Below are positions 37,816-50,563 of a DNA stretch of 64,000 bases, piece after piece. The position numbers were made by a program, and so were the translations under genes. Origin of the DNA: Mobula hypostoma (Eukaryota); contig NC_086108.1 in the NCBI RefSeq assembly GCF_963921235.1, positions 98,520,001 to 98,584,000 of the forward strand, read 5' to 3'. Positions within the stretch are counted from its first letter, which is position 1; each line of letters begins with the position of its first letter. Below the pieces are notes generated by a model. It was not told the origin of the DNA. It saw nothing but the letters and a program-made list of their open reading frames with translations, and made no database searches.

Positions 37816-37816
37816 G

Positions 37817-38126
37817 GCGCGCTCTCTCTCTCTCTCTCGTGGTCGCGCTCTCTCATGCTCTCTCTCTCGAGGTCGCTCGCTCTCTTGCTCTCTCTCATGC
37901 ACTGCCTCACTCTCTCGCTCGCTCTCTCGCACTCTTACTCTCTCGTGGTCGTTTGCACACTCGCTCTCACGTGCTCCCTCGCTCTCGCTCAGGCTCTCTC
38001 TCGCTCTCGCTCTTGCGCTCTCTCTCGCTCTCTCTCACGCTCTCTCTTTCTCACTCTCGCGCTCGCTCTCTCTCTCTCGTGGTCGCTCTCGCGCCCTCTC
38101 TCGCTGTCTTTCTCTCGCTCGCTCTC
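37817..38126. repeat. CT/CG-rich cryptic microsatellite upstream of the hAT ATG
   Basis: Read directly. It produces the spurious Ser/Leu/Arg ORFs at 37772..38235. Confidence 0.85.
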
Positions 38127-40801
38127 AAAAAAGTTGATTTCTGGGACATTGTATATAACTTGCGGCATCAGGGAGCCACTATTAATATGTAGGAGACTCC
38201 TGGAACTTCCAGGAGAGGTGGGATGTCTGTACTAAATCTGATTCTGATTCAGATACTCAGTGATAAGTGTTCCCAATAGATGAATGACAGGTGCTGCCAC
38301 CTACTGTGCAAATCAGCCATTTTCAAGTGAGCTGCAAAGAACCTGCTGAAAGAACTCACTGGGTCGTGCAGCATCTGTGGCAAAAAAGAAATAGTTGGCA
38401 GTTCAGGTCTATAGGGTTTCAATTCCCAGTACCAGAGCAAATACCTTTCAAAACATCTAATTGTTTCAGTTTCCACCACTATGGAAGATGTTACAGGTCA
38501 TTAAAATCAATTTCCTTGCATTTCGCTGTGCCATTTACTCATCAATTTAAATATGTCCCCTGCTCGCCAAGCCGTGCACTAATGGGAACAGGTTCCCTCT
38601 GATCCCAGTCATAAAGTTGTACACCAGCAAGTTGCTGAAGGATCTAAGCAGGAAAAGGCAGCATCTCTGGAGCAAAACAGTCAGCCAACATTTCAGGTTG
38701 AGACCCTTCATCTGGATCAGTCTCCACCTGAAATATCGGTTGTCCAGGTGTCTCCACAGAAGCTGCCCATCTCGATGAGCTCCCCCTAACAAAATGCTGG
38801 TTGCTCCAGATTCCAACATTTGCAGTGTCTTGTGGCCATGAAACAGGACTCCCTGTAGATCTTCTCCTCGTTTTCTTCACTTCACTGGCTGAACTGCCTG
38901 GATCTATTACGGCAATCTTCTCTCTGCCACTCAAAGACCTTCAAGTCTTTTCTAAAATGGAGTGACCGAAATTAGATACTGTGTTCCATTTTCAACAATA
39001 CTCAATGTTAACTTACTATTTCTGGCAACCTGTGATTCTAACCTTGCCCTTTGCAAAATGCACTCTCAATATGTGCAGCCACATTGAAGATTTTCAAAGA
39101 CTACTCTCCAGGTAATAGACAGGAAGGATCTTTTGTGACAGATTAGGGTGGATGGTTTTATGCATCCTTCCACTGTAAAAAGATTTCACTGTTAGGGAAC
39201 CAAACCGTTCCTTCACAAGAGAATCTGGACCTGCCTCATGGTTTTTTGCACTACCTTACTTTCCCTTTTCTATTTTCTATTTATGATTTATAATTTTAAA
39301 TTTTAAATATTTACTATCGATTTGTACTCCAAGGAGCGTGAAGCACAGAATCAAATATCGCTGTGATGATTGTATGCTCTAGTATCAATTGTTTGGCGGC
39401 AATAAAGTAAAGTGAAGTAAGTGAAGAGCATAGGCTGGAAGGGCAGAACTCTGGCGATGTAGAAGACACAGAGAGCAAATTACTGCCAAAGCTAATAATT
39501 ACAAGAGGCAATTGGGCATCAACTGATTGCAGATTAATTCTACTAAAGCATTTCAAGCTATGTTTGAGGGTCTTTACATTCTGAAAAATAAAACATGGAC
39601 ACAGGCCAGAAATAACAGGAATATTGATTGCAATGAATGCATTCTACTAGTAAGATAAACAAAAACCTTGAACTAGATCCCCCTGCCAAATAAACAAAAG
39701 GTTTACAACTGATTGGAAATGCTCAAGATAATAAAGCATCTGAATAAATTTAGGTAGAACTGGGTGCTAAAATTAGCCTTTCAATTGCATTAATACACAA
39801 TCAGAATCAGGTTTAATATCACTGGCATATATCATGAAATTTATTGTTTTGCGACAGCAGTACATTGCAATGCATATTGAGATAAATTGCAATATATATG
39901 TATTAAATAAGTTGTGCAAAAGAGAGCAAGAGATAGTCAGGTAGTGTTCATGAGCTCATTGTCCATTTAGAAATCTGTGCTCTTTATAATTTAGTGTAAG
40001 AAGCTTGCTTTTAGAAAGAACCTCTGTCAATTTCAGGATGTTTTACAGACGACTAAGTAGGTACAGCCTCAGAATAGAGGGGTGTCCTTTTAGAACGAAG
40101 ATGAGGAGAAATTTCTTCAGCCAGAGAGTGGTGGATCTGTGGAATTCATTGCCACAGGCGGCTGTGGAGGCCAAGTCTTTATGTAAATTTAAGGCAGAGG
40201 TTGGTAGATTCGTGATTAGTCAGGACATGAGGGATAAGGGGAGAAGGCAGGAGAGTGGGGCTGAGTGGAATATTGGATCAGCCATGATGAAATGGCGGAG
40301 CAGAATCGATGGGCCAAATGGCCTAATTCTGTTCCTATATCTTATAGTCTTATGGTCTTAAATATCCTTCAAGTATAAGGAGGGAAGTGCAGGCAGCAAT
40401 TTGCACACATCATGTTCTAATCATCCTTATTGAGATAAGGACTACAGCATATATATTTTTAATAAAAGGATAATTTCCAGAAAACAAGTTAATTTCTCAT
40501 AGAAAAATACAACACAGAAATCAGCCTTTCCACCCAACTGATCTATCTCAACCAAGGTGCCTACCCAAACAAGTCCCACTTGCCTGCATGTGGCCCATTT
40601 CTCTTTGCTGTCCATTACCTGTCTAAGAGTCCATTAAACACTAGAATTGTACCTGCCTCTACTACTTCCTCTAGCAACACCTAGCAGAATCAGAATCAAG
40701 TTTAATATTCCAGCCATATGTCTGAACTTTTTTTGCTTTGTGGCAGTAGTACAGTGCGTTAAATAAACTACTATAAATTACATTAAGAAATTATATATAT
40801 G

Positions 40802-41272
40802 GTACTGTGTTTGTCAACGTGGAGCAGAGAGTAAGTTTGCAAATCTGGCGGGAGTAAAGGATGTTGGGAATGGCATGGTTGGAGCACCATGGGAGGGGTG
40901 TGGGACTTGTGGCAGAGAAGGAGTGCCAGCGCGGGGGAGGGCGTAGGAGTTATGGGTCTGGACAGACCCAGCGCTGAGACTCCAGGCAAGGTCATTTGAT
41001 TCCAAACAATTAGTTTATTGGTCATTACAGAATGTCTCTCTGGTGCTTCCCACTCCCTCTCCTCTGCCTTCCTTTTCCCAACCATGATTCATCTCTCCCT
41101 GCCCTCTTGCCACTCTCAGTCCACAATAGAGACCCTTATCAGAATCAGGGTCATCACTCACATGTGTCACAAAATTTGTATTTTTTGCAGCAGCAGTACA
41201 GTGCAATACATAAAATGACTACAGTATACCCTAACTATACATATGCACCTAAGACTTTTCCACAGTAGTATA
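40802..41272. mobile_element. Composite non-autonomous Tc1-MITE-bounded element (second copy of ~19341-19660)
   Basis: 40802-41085 matches 19401-19655. The right end 41221-41272 is a deleted, inverted copy of the 19341 MITE. Confidence 0.7.
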
Positions 41273-41326
41273 CCTACGACCAACATAGTAGAAGGGAAAC
41301 TATCATCAACATCAAAGCGCTTAACT

Positions 41327-42430
41327 CAATAGACAATAGACAATAGACAACAGGTGCAGGAGTAGGCCATTCGGCCCTTCGAGCCAGCACCACCAGTCAC
41401 TGTGATCATGGCTGATCATCCACAATCAGTATCCAGTTCCTGCCTTATCCCCATAACCTTTGATTCCGCTATCTTTAAGAGCTCTATCCATCTCTTTCTT
41501 GAAAGCATCCAGAGACTTGTCCTCCACAGCCTTCTGGGGCAGAGCATTCCATATATCCACCGCTCTCTGGGTGAAAAAGTTTTTCCTCAACTCCGTTCTA
41601 AATGGCCTACCCCTTATTCTTAAACTGTGGCCTTTGGTTCTGGACTCACCCATCAGCGGGAACATGCTTCCTGCCTCCAGCATGTCCAATCCTTTAATAA
41701 TCTTATATGATTCAATAAGATCCTTCCTCAGTCTTCTAAATTCCAGAGTATACAAGCCTAGCCGCTCCAATCTTTTGACATATGACATTCCCGCCATCCC
41801 GGGAATTAACCTTGTGAACCTACGCTGCACTCCCTCAATAGCAAGAATGTCCTTTCTCAAGTTTGGAGACCAAAACTGCACACAGTACTCCAGGTGTGGT
41901 CTCACCAGGGCCCTGTACAGCTGCAGAAGGACCTCTTTGCTCTTATACTCAATTCCCCTTGTTATGAAGGCCAGCATGCCATTAGCTTTCTTCACTGCCT
42001 GCTGTACTTGCATGCTTGTACATCAGTCACTGATGTACAAGATCACCTAGATCTCGTTATGCTTCCCCTTTTCCTAACTTGACTCCATTTAGATAATAAT
42101 CTGCCTTCCTGTTCTTACCATCAAAGTGGATAACCTCACATTTATCCACATTGAACTGCATCTGCCCACTCACCCAGCCTGTCAAAGTCACCCTGCATTC
42201 TCATAACACCCTCCTCACATTTCACACTGCCACCCAGCTTTGTTTCACCGGCAAATTTGCTAATGTTACTTTTAATTCCCTCATCTAAATCATTAATATA
42301 TATTGTAAACAGCTGCGGTCCCAGCACTGAACCCTGCGGTACCCCACTGGTCACCACCTGCCATTCCGAAAGGGACCCGTTAATCGCTACTCTTTGTTTT
42401 CTGTCAGCCGGCCAATTTTCAATCCGTGTC
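41327..42430 (-). mobile_element. Young CR1 3' fragment, same subfamily as 30235-31585
   Basis: (ATTGTCT)n tail; ORFs 41426..42013 and 42142..42432. Confidence 0.95.
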
Positions 42431-43204
42431 ATTTCTAGACTCAGTCATATCTCAATTTTCAAAAATGAATATTAGTTAAATAGTTCTATCTTAGTTTGTG
42501 CCTACATAACCTTAGGACACTACGAAGTGTTTGTTGCCAGTAATGTATTCACTGCCTTGAAAAGTTATTTTGTCTCAGAGATACAGTGCACTAACAGGCC
42601 CTACTGGCCCAACAATTCCATGTGACCAATAAACTTGCTAACCTGTACGTCTCTGGAATGTGAGAGGAAACCCACGTGTTATGGACTAGTGGTCCTGCAA
42701 ACAGTAAGGGCACAATTTGCCATACTGTAGATGTTAAATTAAATAACTAATGCAAAAAAGAGCAAGAGCAAACATAGGAAGGTAGTGTTCATTGGTCAGT
42801 TTGTTGTCCATTCAGATATCTGATGGCAGACAATGAACCAGCAGCATCTGTGTGTAAGAACAACTTACCTCTGAGGTCCCTTTTAAATCCTTTCCCCTCT
42901 CACCTTTAACCTATGCCCTCTGGTTTTCGACTCCTCTACCCTGGGGAAAACAGTGTGACCATTCACCTTATCTATGTCCTCCCATTTCTCCCGGTCTTCT
43001 CCACTGGAATATAATGTCAGAGCCACATAGCTCGGGAGCAGGCCACTTGGCCCATCCTACTCCATGCCAACCACGTATCAACACTTGGCTTAAAGATCTT
43101 CAGTGTTCTAACTTGAGTAAGAAACTAAGAATATTTTAATAAAGATATTTAAAATTCAGAGCACCAAAGTTCAGGGAATAAAATTTGAAAGATACTCTCC
43201 TTAT

Positions 43205-44445
43205 AGCATCATAGAGCACAGAAACAGGCCCTTTGGCCATCTAGTCTGTACCGAACTATTACTCTGCCTAGTCCTGTTGACCTTTACCTGGACCATAGCC
43301 CTCCATCACCCTCCCATCCTTGTACTTATTCAAATTTCTCTTAAATGTTGAAATCAAGACCACATCCACCAGTTCCGCTGGCAGCTTGCTCCACATTCTC
43401 GCCACCCTCCTTGAAGAACTTGCCCCCCTCATGTTCCACTTAAACATTTCACCTTTCACCCTTAACCTATGACATCTAGTTCTTGTCTCATCCAACCTCA
43501 GTGGCATTTACCCTATCTAAACCTTTCACAATTTTGTATACCTCTATCAAATCTCCTCTCATTTTCCTATGCTCCAAGGAATAAAGCCCTAACCTGTTCA
43601 ACTTTTCCCTATAACTCAGGTCCTCTGGACCCAACAACACCTTGTAAGTTTTCTCTGCACTCATTCAAACTTCTTGATATCTTTCCTGTCGGTAAATGAC
43701 CAGAACTGCACACAGTACCCCAAATTAGGTCTCACCAACATCTTATAGAAACTCAGCATAAGATCAAACTCCTGTATGTACTCAGCACTCTGATTATGAA
43801 GGTCAAAGTGCCAAAACCTCACTTTACCACCGCAACAAGAGAAAACCTGCAAGTGCTGGAAATCCAAGCAACACACACAAACTTGCCGGAGGAACTCAGC
43901 AGGCCAGGCAGCATTGATGGAAAAGAGTATGGTTGACGTTTCAAGCCGAGACCCTTCATTAGGACTGGAGAAAAAAGATAAGGTCAGAGTTAGAAGATGG
44001 GGGGGAGGGGGGAAGGAAGAAGCACAAAGTGATAGGTGAAACTGGGAGGCGGGAGGGGTGAAGTGAAGAGCTGAGAAGTTGATTGCTGAAAGGGATACAG
44101 GGCTGGAGAAGGGTGAATCTGACAGAGAGGACAGCAGGCCATGGAAGAAAGAAAAGAGGGAGGAGCACCAGAGGGGGAGGGAGGTGATGGACCCTATCAT
44201 CTCCCTAAACCCTATCTACTTGAGACACCATTTCAAGGAATTATGGATCTGTATTTACAGATCCCTCTGTTCTACACATTCCTCAGTGCTCTACCATTCA
44301 ACGTTTAAATCCTGCCCTGGTTTGCCCTTCCAAGGTGTAACACCTTACACTTGTCTCCATTAAGTTCCATCTGCCATTGTTCAGCACATTTTTCCAGCTG
44401 GTTCAGATCCCACTGCAAGCTTTGATAGTCTTTCTCACTGTCTAA
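43205..44445 (-). mobile_element. Decayed CR1 3' fragment interrupted by a PLE end
   Basis: Reads ETRTRCHRLRVKGEMF and YKMLVRPNLGYCVQFWSF. It resumes after ~44210. Confidence 0.75.
43832..44207 (-). mobile_element. PLE 3' terminal fragment with a 5' micro-inversion
   Basis: PLE tail at ~43835-43880; hammerhead remnant CTAATGA..GAAACGTC at ~43931-43966 (minus); agggaggtgatgg is inverted as ctatcatctccct at ~44178-44206. Confidence 0.8.
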
Positions 44446-44823
44446 TGCAAGTTTCTACAATTAAAACACCCATTCTGAAACAAGACAAGTTTAATTGTCA
44501 TTCAGCCGTACATGGATATCCATGAATACAGACAAACAAAAAAGCACTGCTCCACAGCCAAGGTGCAAAAAACAGCGCCACCTTCACACACGGCACGTAA
44601 GAGAGCTATAAGGTATAAGGTACCGGTCAAATACAATCAGACAAAAAATCTATAATCCAAGACCCCGAGTCCATGAACATTGCAGGAATCTGCAGTCGAC
44701 AATAGAGCTTGTCTTCTGTCGAGGGAACACTGGGGGCAGCACCAACTCCAGCTTGGACGCCATGCCACACCGACTCCGGTAGAGGGCAACAACTCTGACA
44801 CCTCTCTCTCTCTACTGGTTGTG

Positions 44824-45140
44824 GTGTTGGCGCGTGGGCAGGTGGTTAAGGCGTCGGTCTAGTGATCTGAAGGTTGCTCGTTCATGCCTCAGCTGAGGCA
44901 GCGTGTTGTGTCCTTGAGCAAGGCACTTAACCACACATTGCTCTGCGACAACACCAGTGTCAAGCTGTATCGGCCCTAGTGTCCTTCCCTTGGACAACAT
45001 CGGTGGCGTGGAGAGGGGAGACTTGTAGCATGGGCAACTGCCGATCTCCTATACAACCTTGCCCAGGCCTGCGCCCTGGAAACCTTCCAAGGCGCAAATC
45101 CATGGTCTCACGAGACTAACGGATGCCTATAATATATAAA
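44824..45140 (+). mobile_element. tRNA-derived SINE with a CORE-like central domain
   Basis: Box A-like TGGGCAGGTGG (44835-45), box B-like GTTCATGCC (44880-88), core TGTCCTTGAGCAAGGCACTTAAC. Probable TSD actggttgtg/agtggctgtg. Confidence 0.8.
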
Positions 45141-46359
45141 AGTGGCTGTGAAGAGGTGACACCGTGGCTTGACGCTTAGTCTTTGCTATGACCAAGGCCA
45201 TGCAGCTCATCCGCCATCCGCCCCTGTCGTCCTCCAATAAACCAGTGAATCGGACTTGCAGCATTCCACATTAACAATGTCCAAAGTGGTCTTGCGATCA
45301 CAAGAAAAGCGATTGAGAAGATTACTCGCTGTTAGACCACACACCGCCTTTACACACCGACTATTCCAACGTCCCCCCCAAACAGGCAGCAGCATGATCT
45401 GCACCGTCCATCTTCTTCAGTTTCCCCACCAATGAGTGGCTTGCCGATGTGGTAGGCCTGCAGTACTTCACATTTTTAATGACCAGCAGGATCTTGCGAC
45501 TGTTAAAAAAAGGAGAATAACACCTTTGGTTGACCCCATAGAAGCTGCAGTAACCAAAAACTCTGCCACCTTACTGGATAGCCAGTCTAAATATGAAACA
45601 CTGTTCCTTTAATTCATTCAGTTTCTCCCACAAAATACAAAGCACACAATCCAGTGCTAAAACTGGACAAAATAAGAACCATGTAAATAAAGTACTAGGT
45701 ACAGTGTGACCATTCAGCTGCGTCTGCAGTACGGGGAAACACAACTGATGCTGTTATATCATTTGCCTGCCAGGGCAAGTCAATAAAGTTCCTCCTGTCC
45801 ATTGACCTGTACGTAGCTTGCAGGTTTCTTGTTCAACCTTGAAGTTAAGTAGTTACTAATTACTCAAGTTCATGCTAATAATTGAGAAGCTAGTTAAGAG
45901 CAGATTGCACAAAATGCTGCACTTCCAAAGTTTGAGGCAAAGCCAGGACTGATGTTTTCCATTCAAGAGGTACTGATAAAATTTTCATTTTCATTTTCGT
46001 TTCGAACAAGGGTTGCCAACCTAGGGTCCAAGGACTCCTTGCTAAATGGAATAAAAATGGTTGTGAACTCTTGATGTACAACCACTAGCTGCAAATGATT
46101 CAGATCTGGGCAGCTTTAAAAAGAGTCTTACTGCCCTATTTGGCGAGGGGATTGGATGCAGCCGGGGAGTGGGGTGTGGGGTGCGGTGGACGTGTATCTG
46201 TGTCTCCAGTGCTACCAGTGCTTTGTGGAAGCTCTAGGAAAAAGTAAAGCTTTGTTTACTGCTAGTGCAAGACTGTATGTTTTCTTAACACACTTATAAC
46301 AAATTAAGTGGCTAATGAAATAATATAAGAAATTAATGTTTGGCAGATAAATTAATTAG

Positions 46360-46500
46360 CTGGCCGGTGGTGAAGTAGCATCAGCACCAGACTTCAGGGT
46401 GAATGGTCCCAGGGTTTGAATTCAGTCTGCTTCTTCCACACATGCTAGTTTGAACACCTAACTCACAACTCAGCCTCGTGAAAAACACACACACAAATGC
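46360..46500 (+). mobile_element. Decayed tRNA-derived SINE
   Basis: tRNA-like head gccggtggtgaagtagc...gggtttgaattc. Confidence 0.45.
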
Positions 46501-46764
46501 GAAAGAAATGGCACAAGATGAGGAGAGGAACAAGATAAATTAATCGGTAAAAGGTTGATTTGTAAACTCAGCTCTTCCACTAGTTGGAATATCAAAGTGA
46601 CATTGAGGGCAGTTCTGAAGGCAAGTGAGGGTTCAGACTACCACTTGGAAACATGGCCGGAAACAAGTCCAGAGGAATACTGAGCGCGAGAGAGGAGGAA
46701 GGTAATTTGGGGAGTTAATTAGTTAGGAGATCAGACAGACTCAAGCAATGTAAGCTGAGCCGAT

Positions 46765-47105
46765 ATTTAATTGGCAATCCCTTGTTGCCGGTGGTGAGCT
46801 GCCTTCTTGAACCACTGAAGTCCTTGAGGTGTGGGTATATTCACAATGATACTCAGGAGAGATTTCCGGGATTTTGACTCGGTGATAGTGAAGGAACAAC
46901 AATTTATTTCCAAGTCGGGATGACGTGTAACTTGGAGGGCAACTTCCAGATGGTGGTGTTCCACGTGTTTTGCAGCCCTTGTCCTTCCAGCTGGTAGAGG
47001 TTGTGGACTTGGAAGGTGATGTCCAAGGAGTCTTGATTAGTTGTTGCAGTGCACCCTGTAGATAGTACAAACTGCTGATTCTGTGTATCAGTGGTGGAGT
47101 GGGGG
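46765..47105 (-). mobile_element. Old CR1/L2-group LINE 3' end
   Basis: Minus-strand peptide SFTITESKSRKSL..PTPQGLQWFKKAAHH. Confidence 0.6.
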
Positions 47106-48230
47106 AATGGTCAGCTCTATCATGAAGTAACCATCATTTACAAGGGTAGTTTACATTGCTGCCTGCTTTGTTTGATTATTATTTTAATGCATTAACCAGG
47201 TAAAGATGTCAAGCAAGTCAGTAAGTCCATAAATAAAAATCGCTTCAGACAAGATTTCACATACTATTAAATAACATGGCCTTGAACTAAGATTATATGA
47301 ATATAAGGTAAAACATCTCTCTGTGGTAATTCGGAAGCAGCAAGTCTAGAGTTCGTGGTCTAGTTTTGGTGATTTGCGGGTTCTGGAGCTGATGTTAAGA
47401 ATCGAGACCCCAGGATTGAATCTGAAGTCCAGAAGTTGAGGCCCGTCGGCCAGAGACTTGATTCTGTGGAACTCTGTGAGTTTGCTGGGGTAGTCATAGG
47501 GCCAATTTCTGCGAGTCCAATGTCTGCTGGAGGCTGGAAACTGAAGATGGTGGTCTATCCTAGAGTGAGAGAAATGTGTGTGGGCATACTAATGCTGACG
47601 CTGTAATGTGTGGCGACATTTGTGGGCTGCCCTCAGCACACCATCAGGTGTGTTGGTTACTAAAGCAAATGATACATTTCACTGTATATTTTGATGTACG
47701 TATGATAAATAAACTTGAATCTTGCAGTTTATGAGATAATTCAGAAATACTCCAAGAGCAGCGTATGCATTGCCCAATTTTATGCATGTTCTACATGCAA
47801 AGCTTCTTAGGTCCGGAAGGTACACCATTGAAGGTTGCATCAAAAGAAAAAATCATCTCCAGTTCTACTGCAATTGACTGTCATTTCACTAATTGACCTG
47901 ATGGTATCACAATGTTATAAATCAAAAAATTTCCACCCCTTGCAGTTGGCAGAATGTATAACACGTTCCTTCCTACTCAAGCCCCCACGTTTGGAACACC
48001 ACCGCTTTTCATGAACAGGAAGAATAAGGTCCAGAAAACTTAAAACAAATCTGGCATGGAGAATCACAATGCATCTCCTTTCCTTGCCATCCCATTTGTG
48101 GTTAGATGTTGGAGACAGCCAAACATATTTAGTTACTCTCATTAAACATAGAAGGTGTTTTCAGTAAAGCCTGGCCAAACCATCAGATACATCAATAAAA
48201 AAGTGAGTAATTCCATCAGTTTGTTGGTAC

Positions 48231-50122
48231 TGTCACAAAGGGGGCATTGGGAACGGACCCAAGGCACAGACACTGAAGTACAAGGAACAGGACTTGACTA
48301 GAGTACGGACGTGTCAGGATACAGACAAGGAGCAGGGACAAGAACGCAGACTAGGGCTTGGACCCCGAGCCAGAGACTGGACAGGGACTCAGAACCTGGG
48401 TCTTGCCTCGGGCTCAGGCCCCAGAAACAGGTATGGACATGACATGTCTGCAGGACTGGAGGTTGGGGTCTTGAGGCTTGAGGCTTGGAGACAGGCTTGG
48501 GGTCTTGGTCTTGAGGCTTGAGCTTGGAGACAGGCTGGGGTCTTGGGTCTTGAGGCTTGAGGCTTGGAGACAGGCTTGGGGTCTTGGGTCTTGAGGCTTG
48601 AGGCTTGGAGACAGGCTTGGGGTCTTGGTCTTGAGGCTTGAGCTTGGAGACAGGCTGGGGTCTTGGGTCTTGAGGCTTGAGCTTGGAGACAGGCTGGGGT
48701 CTTGGTCTTGAGGCTTGAGCTTGGAGACAGGCTGGGGTCTTGGTCTTGAGGCTTGAGCTTGGAGACAGGCTGGGGTCTTGGTCTTGAGGCTTGAGCTTGG
48801 AGACAGGCTGGGGTCTTGGTCTTGAGGCTTGAGCTTGGAGACAGGCTGGGGTTTTGGTCTTGAGGCTTGAGCTTGGAGACAGGCTGGGGTCTTGGTCTTG
48901 AGGCTTGAGCTTGGAGACAGGCTGGGGTCTTGGTCTTGAGGCTTGAGCTTGGAGACAGGCTGGGGTCTTGGTCTTGAGGCTTGAGCTTGGAGACAGGCTG
49001 GGGTCTTCGTCTTGAGGCTTGAGCTTGGAGACAGGCTTGGGGTCTTCGTCTTGAGGTTTGAGCTTGGAGACAGGCTGGGGTCTTGGTCTTGAGACTTGAG
49101 CTTGGAGACAAGCTGGAGTCTTGGTCTTGAGGCTTGAGCTTGGAGACCAGCTGGGTCTTGGTCTTGAGGCTTGAGCTTGGAGACAGGCTGGGGTCTTGGT
49201 CTTGAGGCTTGAGCTTGGAGACCGGCTGGGGTCTTGGTCTTGAAGCTTGAGCTTGGAGAGAGGCTGGGGTCTTGGTCTTGAGGCTTGAGCATGGAGGCAG
49301 GGTGGGGTCTTGGTCTTCAGGCCTGAAGTCTGGGGTCTTGGGTCGAGGGTACTTCGAGGCTTGGGTATGGACTCCAAGCCAGAGACTGGGCAAGGACCCA
49401 GAACCTGGGACTTGACTTGGGCTCGGACTCCAGAACTAGGCGAGGACAAGACGAGTCTACAGGACTGGACATGGCTTGGGTGTGGAACTCCTGGGTAGGG
49501 CGAGACACAAGGACAGGTAAAGGCACATGGACAGGACTCGGATAGGACTGGGCTAGGCACGGACTGGACGAGGGCCTTCAGGAACACGGAGCCTTGGACT
49601 AGAAGAGACAGGAGCACGGAACACAGAGCTGGGACCCCTCCTTGCGAACAGAACATAGGGCCAGGACCCACACACATAATACAGAGCCGGGACCCCTCCT
49701 TGGGAACAGGACGTAGGGCCGGGACTCATACACAGAACACTGAACATGAAGAGACGGATCCCAACACAAGGTGGCGGCAAATGGCCAGACCCACCCAGCG
49801 AAGGCGTGGACACAGAGAGACAATTCCACACAACGAAAGATAGTTCCTTATCTTGACCTAACAAGGCTCCGGTCTTGCTCCAGCAGGGTATCCAGACAAG
49901 GAATCCAGGCAGAGAGTCAGGCGAGGGGGGGAGGGGAAGACAGGGAGGGGAACAGGACAGTCCAGCAGCCAGTCTCTGGTTTGCAGAGGTATTTATGTCT
50001 CAGCCCCAAAACAAGTAACATGTGCCCACAACAGAAACTAGGGAAAACCAGAAACCCCGGAACACGGAACCATGGACCAGACCGTGAACCAGAGCATGGA
50101 CTTCACGGACCGGACTATGACA
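48231..50122 (-). mobile_element. Solo LTR, probably Gypsy-type, with an internal minisatellite
   Basis: TGTCA...TGACA termini; perfect 5 bp TSD GGTAC (48226-30 and 50123-27); TATA-like CATAAATA on minus at ~49990-49997; no gag/pol. Confidence 0.88.
48460..49340. repeat. 38 bp minisatellite, about 22 units
   Basis: Unit CAGGCTGGGGTCTTGGTCTTGAGGCTTGAGCTTGGAGA, with 39-41 bp variants at the left end. Confidence 0.95.
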
Positions 50123-50563
50123 GGTACATTTTATAACAAAGACCAAAAGACCAAACGTTGTAAAACTTTGGAAAAAAATTCAACGTGCATAGTTACTTCT
50201 TTTATAAATCTCTTCACGTGTCTGTCCTAGCACGTGAAGTCAGCTCTGGCGGACTATGCAGATGAGATCAACAATGAGATGGGAAGGCCAGGAAGGCAAT
50301 TCTGCAATGCTTTGTGGAGAGTGAAGGGTATGACAAAGCACAGAAAAGAGTCATGGTCATCAATTGCAACCAAGGAAGACCCCAGCTGTGAGGACTACTC
50401 ATGCCTCCGGACTTGGACTTCCAAGATGAAGAAAGTGGCACTGCCCCCGTGTAATGGCTTTTCCAATTAAAATCTCTCCTGAACAGCTATCATTGTCATC
50501 ATCATATATGATAGACAACCAATCACCACACTAGATTAAAACTAAAGTATTTCCTTCCTTTAG

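Larger units (their letters stand above)
37464..38229 (-). mobile_element. Non-autonomous hAT DNA transposon with a zinc-finger first exon
   Basis: Termini CAGATGTCCCATC...GGTGGGATGTCTG. 6 bp TSD TATTAA/TACTAA (37458-63 and 38230-35), within a Rex tail. Confidence 0.8.

Noticed and set aside
37772..38235. SR/SL-rich ORFs resembling SR proteins
   Set aside because: They come from the CT/CG microsatellite inside the hAT element.
39314..39580. Minus-strand open frame after the acceptor-like gttttatttttcag
   Set aside because: No good donor; it runs into a LINE tail and has no recognisable domain.
41460..42050. 196 aa plus-strand ORF
   Set aside because: Antisense shadow of CR1 RT, also seen at 30363-30930.
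44824..44900. tRNA gene
   Set aside because: Degenerate box B, no clean cloverleaf or Pol III terminator, and it continues into a SINE body.
47946..48200. Plus-strand terminal exon (cccttgcag|..MYNTFLPTQAPTFGTPPLFMNRKNKVQKT*, AATAAA ~48194)
   Set aside because: Short with no homology; signals of this quality are expected by chance. It cannot be supported without RNA data.
48460..49340. CRISPR-like array
   Set aside because: Units are head-to-tail with no unique spacers, there are no cas genes, and the context is vertebrate. It is a minisatellite in an LTR.
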